A stretch of 64,000 nt of DNA, from assembly GCF_032191835.1 (NCBI RefSeq), contig NC_083239.1:20708001-20772000 (forward strand), read 5' to 3'. Under the pieces are notes generated by a model. The model did no database searches. It had not been told where the DNA came from and saw only the letters and a program-made list of their open reading frames with translations. This stretch comes from Heteronotia binoei (Eukaryota). The position numbers and the translations under genes are program-made. Positions 61,474 to 64,000 of the stretch are shown piece after piece. Positions within the stretch are counted from its first letter, which is position 1, and the number at the start of each line of letters is the position of its first letter.

Positions 61474-61894
61474 TAGGTTTGCCAGATCTGACTCAGGAAA
61501 TATCTGGGGACTTTGGCAGTGGAGCCAGGAGGAAGGTTGTGACAAGCGTGACTGACCTCCAAAGGGATTGCACTCCTTTTAAATGCCTTCCCTTTATTGG
61601 AAATAATGGATGGGGCAGCTTCTTTTGGGGTTCATAGACATGGGCCCCCTGGTCCAATCTTTTTGATCCTCAGGGAGGGGGGGTTGAGAAGAGGCACTAG
61701 ATGCTATGCTGAAATTTTGGTGCCTCTGCCTCAAAAAGAGCTCCCACCCCGAGCCCCAGATACCCACAGATCAATTCGCCATTATATCCTATGGGGACAG
61801 GTTCCATAATGGAGTGCTCAGTAGATATTTCCACCCCACCCCCCGCTTTCTGATAACCCTGAGGGCCTCCAAACCAGGGGGACTGGCAACCCTA
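61474..61894 (-). mobile_element. hAT MITE, inverted copy of the 56210-56716 family
   Basis: Ends TAGGTTTGCCA / TGGCAACCCTA; internal sequence is the diverged reverse complement of 56210-56716. Confidence 0.8.
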
Positions 61895-61925
61895 GCCATT
61901 GACCCAGCTCCAAGGATCTTGGGGA

Positions 61926-62128
61926 GGGGTTGTGGCTCAGTGGAAGAGCATCTGCTTGGAATGCAGAAGGTCCCAGGTTCAACCCTCAGCATTTCCAGTT
62001 GAAAGGACCAGGCAGTAGGTGATGTGAAAGACAGCCTGAGACCCAGGAAAGCCACTGCCATTCTGAGTAGACAATTCTGACCTTGATGGACTGATAGACT
62101 GTTTCAGTATAAGGCAGCTTCATGTATT
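61926..62128 (+). mobile_element. tRNA(Ala-like)-derived SINE with CR1-type tail
   Basis: GGGGTTGTGGCTCAGTGGAAGAGCATCTGCTTGGAATGCAGAAGGTCCCAGGTTCAACCC head; tail GACCTTGATGGAC...TCAGTATAAGGCAGCTT. Confidence 0.8.
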
Positions 62129-63521
62129 CATCTGACAGTCCAGCAACTGTGCCAGAAGCCCTAGCAACACCACACCATCCCACATACCAACCACAGAGTA
62201 GCATGAAAATAACACCCCCATGACAGCCAAACAATGCATGCCAGTGCTGGCTCACCTCCCTGACATCATCCTGCCTTCATATGTAGAGAAAACACAACAT
62301 CCTTCACTGTAGGAAGGACTATGGCATAATGCTCACAAGGAGCCCAGTGGCTGCCATACATCTGCAGGTGGGCCACATGAATCCCCTTTGACTGTCAGAC
62401 GCTCAGGGAAGAAAGCATGGCCTTTCCAATGGTAGCCCCCAGCTACCTGCTGAGCTCACTCAGAAGAGGAAACTTCAAAGAAGTCCATACCATCTCCCAG
62501 GCAAGGGTTGCACTTTGGGGTGGGGAACAATGGTTTGAGGAGCAGTTTTTTGCAAGACAGGGAAACACAGGCTCTAAGATGAGGATGCACAGCTGCATAG
62601 TCACAGAAGGCATTTGTGTGCCAGGCAGGAATCATTTTGGTTAGCACCCTCTGCTGGCTTCAGAAGGGCCATTACTACAACCACAATTCATCTCAGCAAC
62701 CTTTGTTTTCTATACCTGCCCCACCCGGTCCTGTAGCCCCCAGGGTTTATCACCCACCAAAGGGATTATAGAGCCTGTCCCTCCCCCTTTCCAGAGCACA
62801 ACCCTGCAGAAAGTGCACAAGTCCCATGATGCTGAAGACAGCTGAGGCTAGTAAGGAGTGAAGGGGGATAGATCCCCAGGTATTCCATTTTTGTGCAAAC
62901 CCAAATTATATCCCCATGGTTGTTTTGACTATACAATGGTGGAGGGAGGGAAGGAGGGCAACAGACACCCCCTAAGAGCTTTGGAGGAAGGATGTAAATT
63001 AAAAAGCAACATGTATATCATGTAACAATATAACTATCATATAAATATATGATGTATATTAATACATATTTTGGGGGAGAAGCCTCTGGGACTTCTCAGT
63101 TTAGAAGACAGTTAATGTGTGAAATGGTAAAGGTTTATGAAATTGTGCATTTATTTACTTTATATATACTCTGCCTTTCTCCCCAGGCCTCACCAGGAAG
63201 ATGGCAAACCAAACTCTCAGGGGCACTCAATTATGTTATTGGACAATGGGTACAGGACAGATAAAGCAATTAAAAGGTGGAATTTGCTATAGGTTCTCCC
63301 AGCCACTCCCAGGAGAGTTAGGGTTGCTGTATCCACGTTGGGAAACTCCAGGATATTTCGGAGTCCACTCTCCAAAGCATCCAGGAACTGATCTCTGTAG
63401 TTTGGAGATTAGCTGTAATTCTGGGGGATCCCCAGGTCCCACCTGGAGGCTGGCCATGAGCATGAATGGCTTTAGAACGGGAGTTGAACATTTTTATGAT
63501 CAGCAATGGCTAATAGCTGTC

Positions 63522-63710
63522 CAATGTTCCCTCTAAGCTGCAGAGTCTTGTGAGTAAAAATTCTACTTTGTGAGCTACTTGCGTTAAAGTTGTCAGCTAC
63601 TGCATAAATTATTGTGCTTTGGGGTCATCCTTCCTGAGACAAAAATGTGTGAGCTGAAGGCTAAAAATCTGTGAGCTAGCTCACGCTAACTCAGCTTAGA
63701 GGGAACACTG
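63522..63710 (+). mobile_element. hAT-type MITE (same family as 39872-40058)
   Basis: TIRs CAATGTTCCCTCTAAGCTG / CAGCTTAGAGGGAACACTG; no clear TSD. Confidence 0.8.
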
Positions 63711-64000
63711 GTGGTGACTAAAGAGAACCTCCCTGTTCAGAAGAAGCAAACCTCTGAATGTCAGGTAGGCAACATCTGGGGAAAGCCAAGGCCTCTGTGA
63801 CTGCAAAGAGGTAGGTCTATTAGCTGTTGGAGCAAAATAAAAAAAATCATCTTGCACCTTGAAGGCGGACAACTTAAAGGACATCAATTTCAGCATGAGC
63901 TTCGCCCCAGCTTTAGATATGTCCTGTTTGTTTGTTGGCCCGCCAGGAGGACCAGTTCCAGCTTATTTATTTATTTAATTTATATCCGGCCCTCCCCGAG

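Noticed and set aside
61926-62000. Possible tRNA-Ala gene
   Set aside because: Anticodon arm and acceptor stem are degenerate, there is no T-run terminator, and it continues into a SINE body repeated at 49522-49730.

Overview
Vertebrate genomic DNA from a squamate reptile, probably a gecko (inferred from the repeat families). Host genes: the 5' end and first intron of a minus-strand CpG-island gene with a 4-nt coding first exon (ATG G|gt, possibly KPNA6, unconfirmed); FAM229A (-, 73 aa); TSSK3 (+, 268 aa); and the complete 11-exon BSDC1 (-, 443 aa) with its promoter near 50.5 kb. No protein-coding gene could be supported in 51-64 kb. Mobile DNA includes a young DIRS-type tyrosine-recombinase retrotransposon with intact gag and RT/RNase H ORFs, three L2 LINE copies (two nested), CR1 tails, tRNA- and 5S-derived SINEs, hAT MITEs with 8-bp TSDs, Penelope-like remnants and a TSD-flanked, internally deleted RTE element. 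The three most interesting signals are RNA-level and absent from the ORF track. (1) An HDV/CPEB3-like ribozyme fold whose predicted cleavage site matches the 5' end of the RTE element; it lies sense within BSDC1 intron 2. (2) A CUU-UGA-C shifty stop at the end of DIRS gag that would put a +1-shifting ribosome into the AUG-less pol frame. (3) A minimal hammerhead ribozyme in a Penelope-like insertion upstream of BSDC1. All three are hand-derived predictions and are untested.
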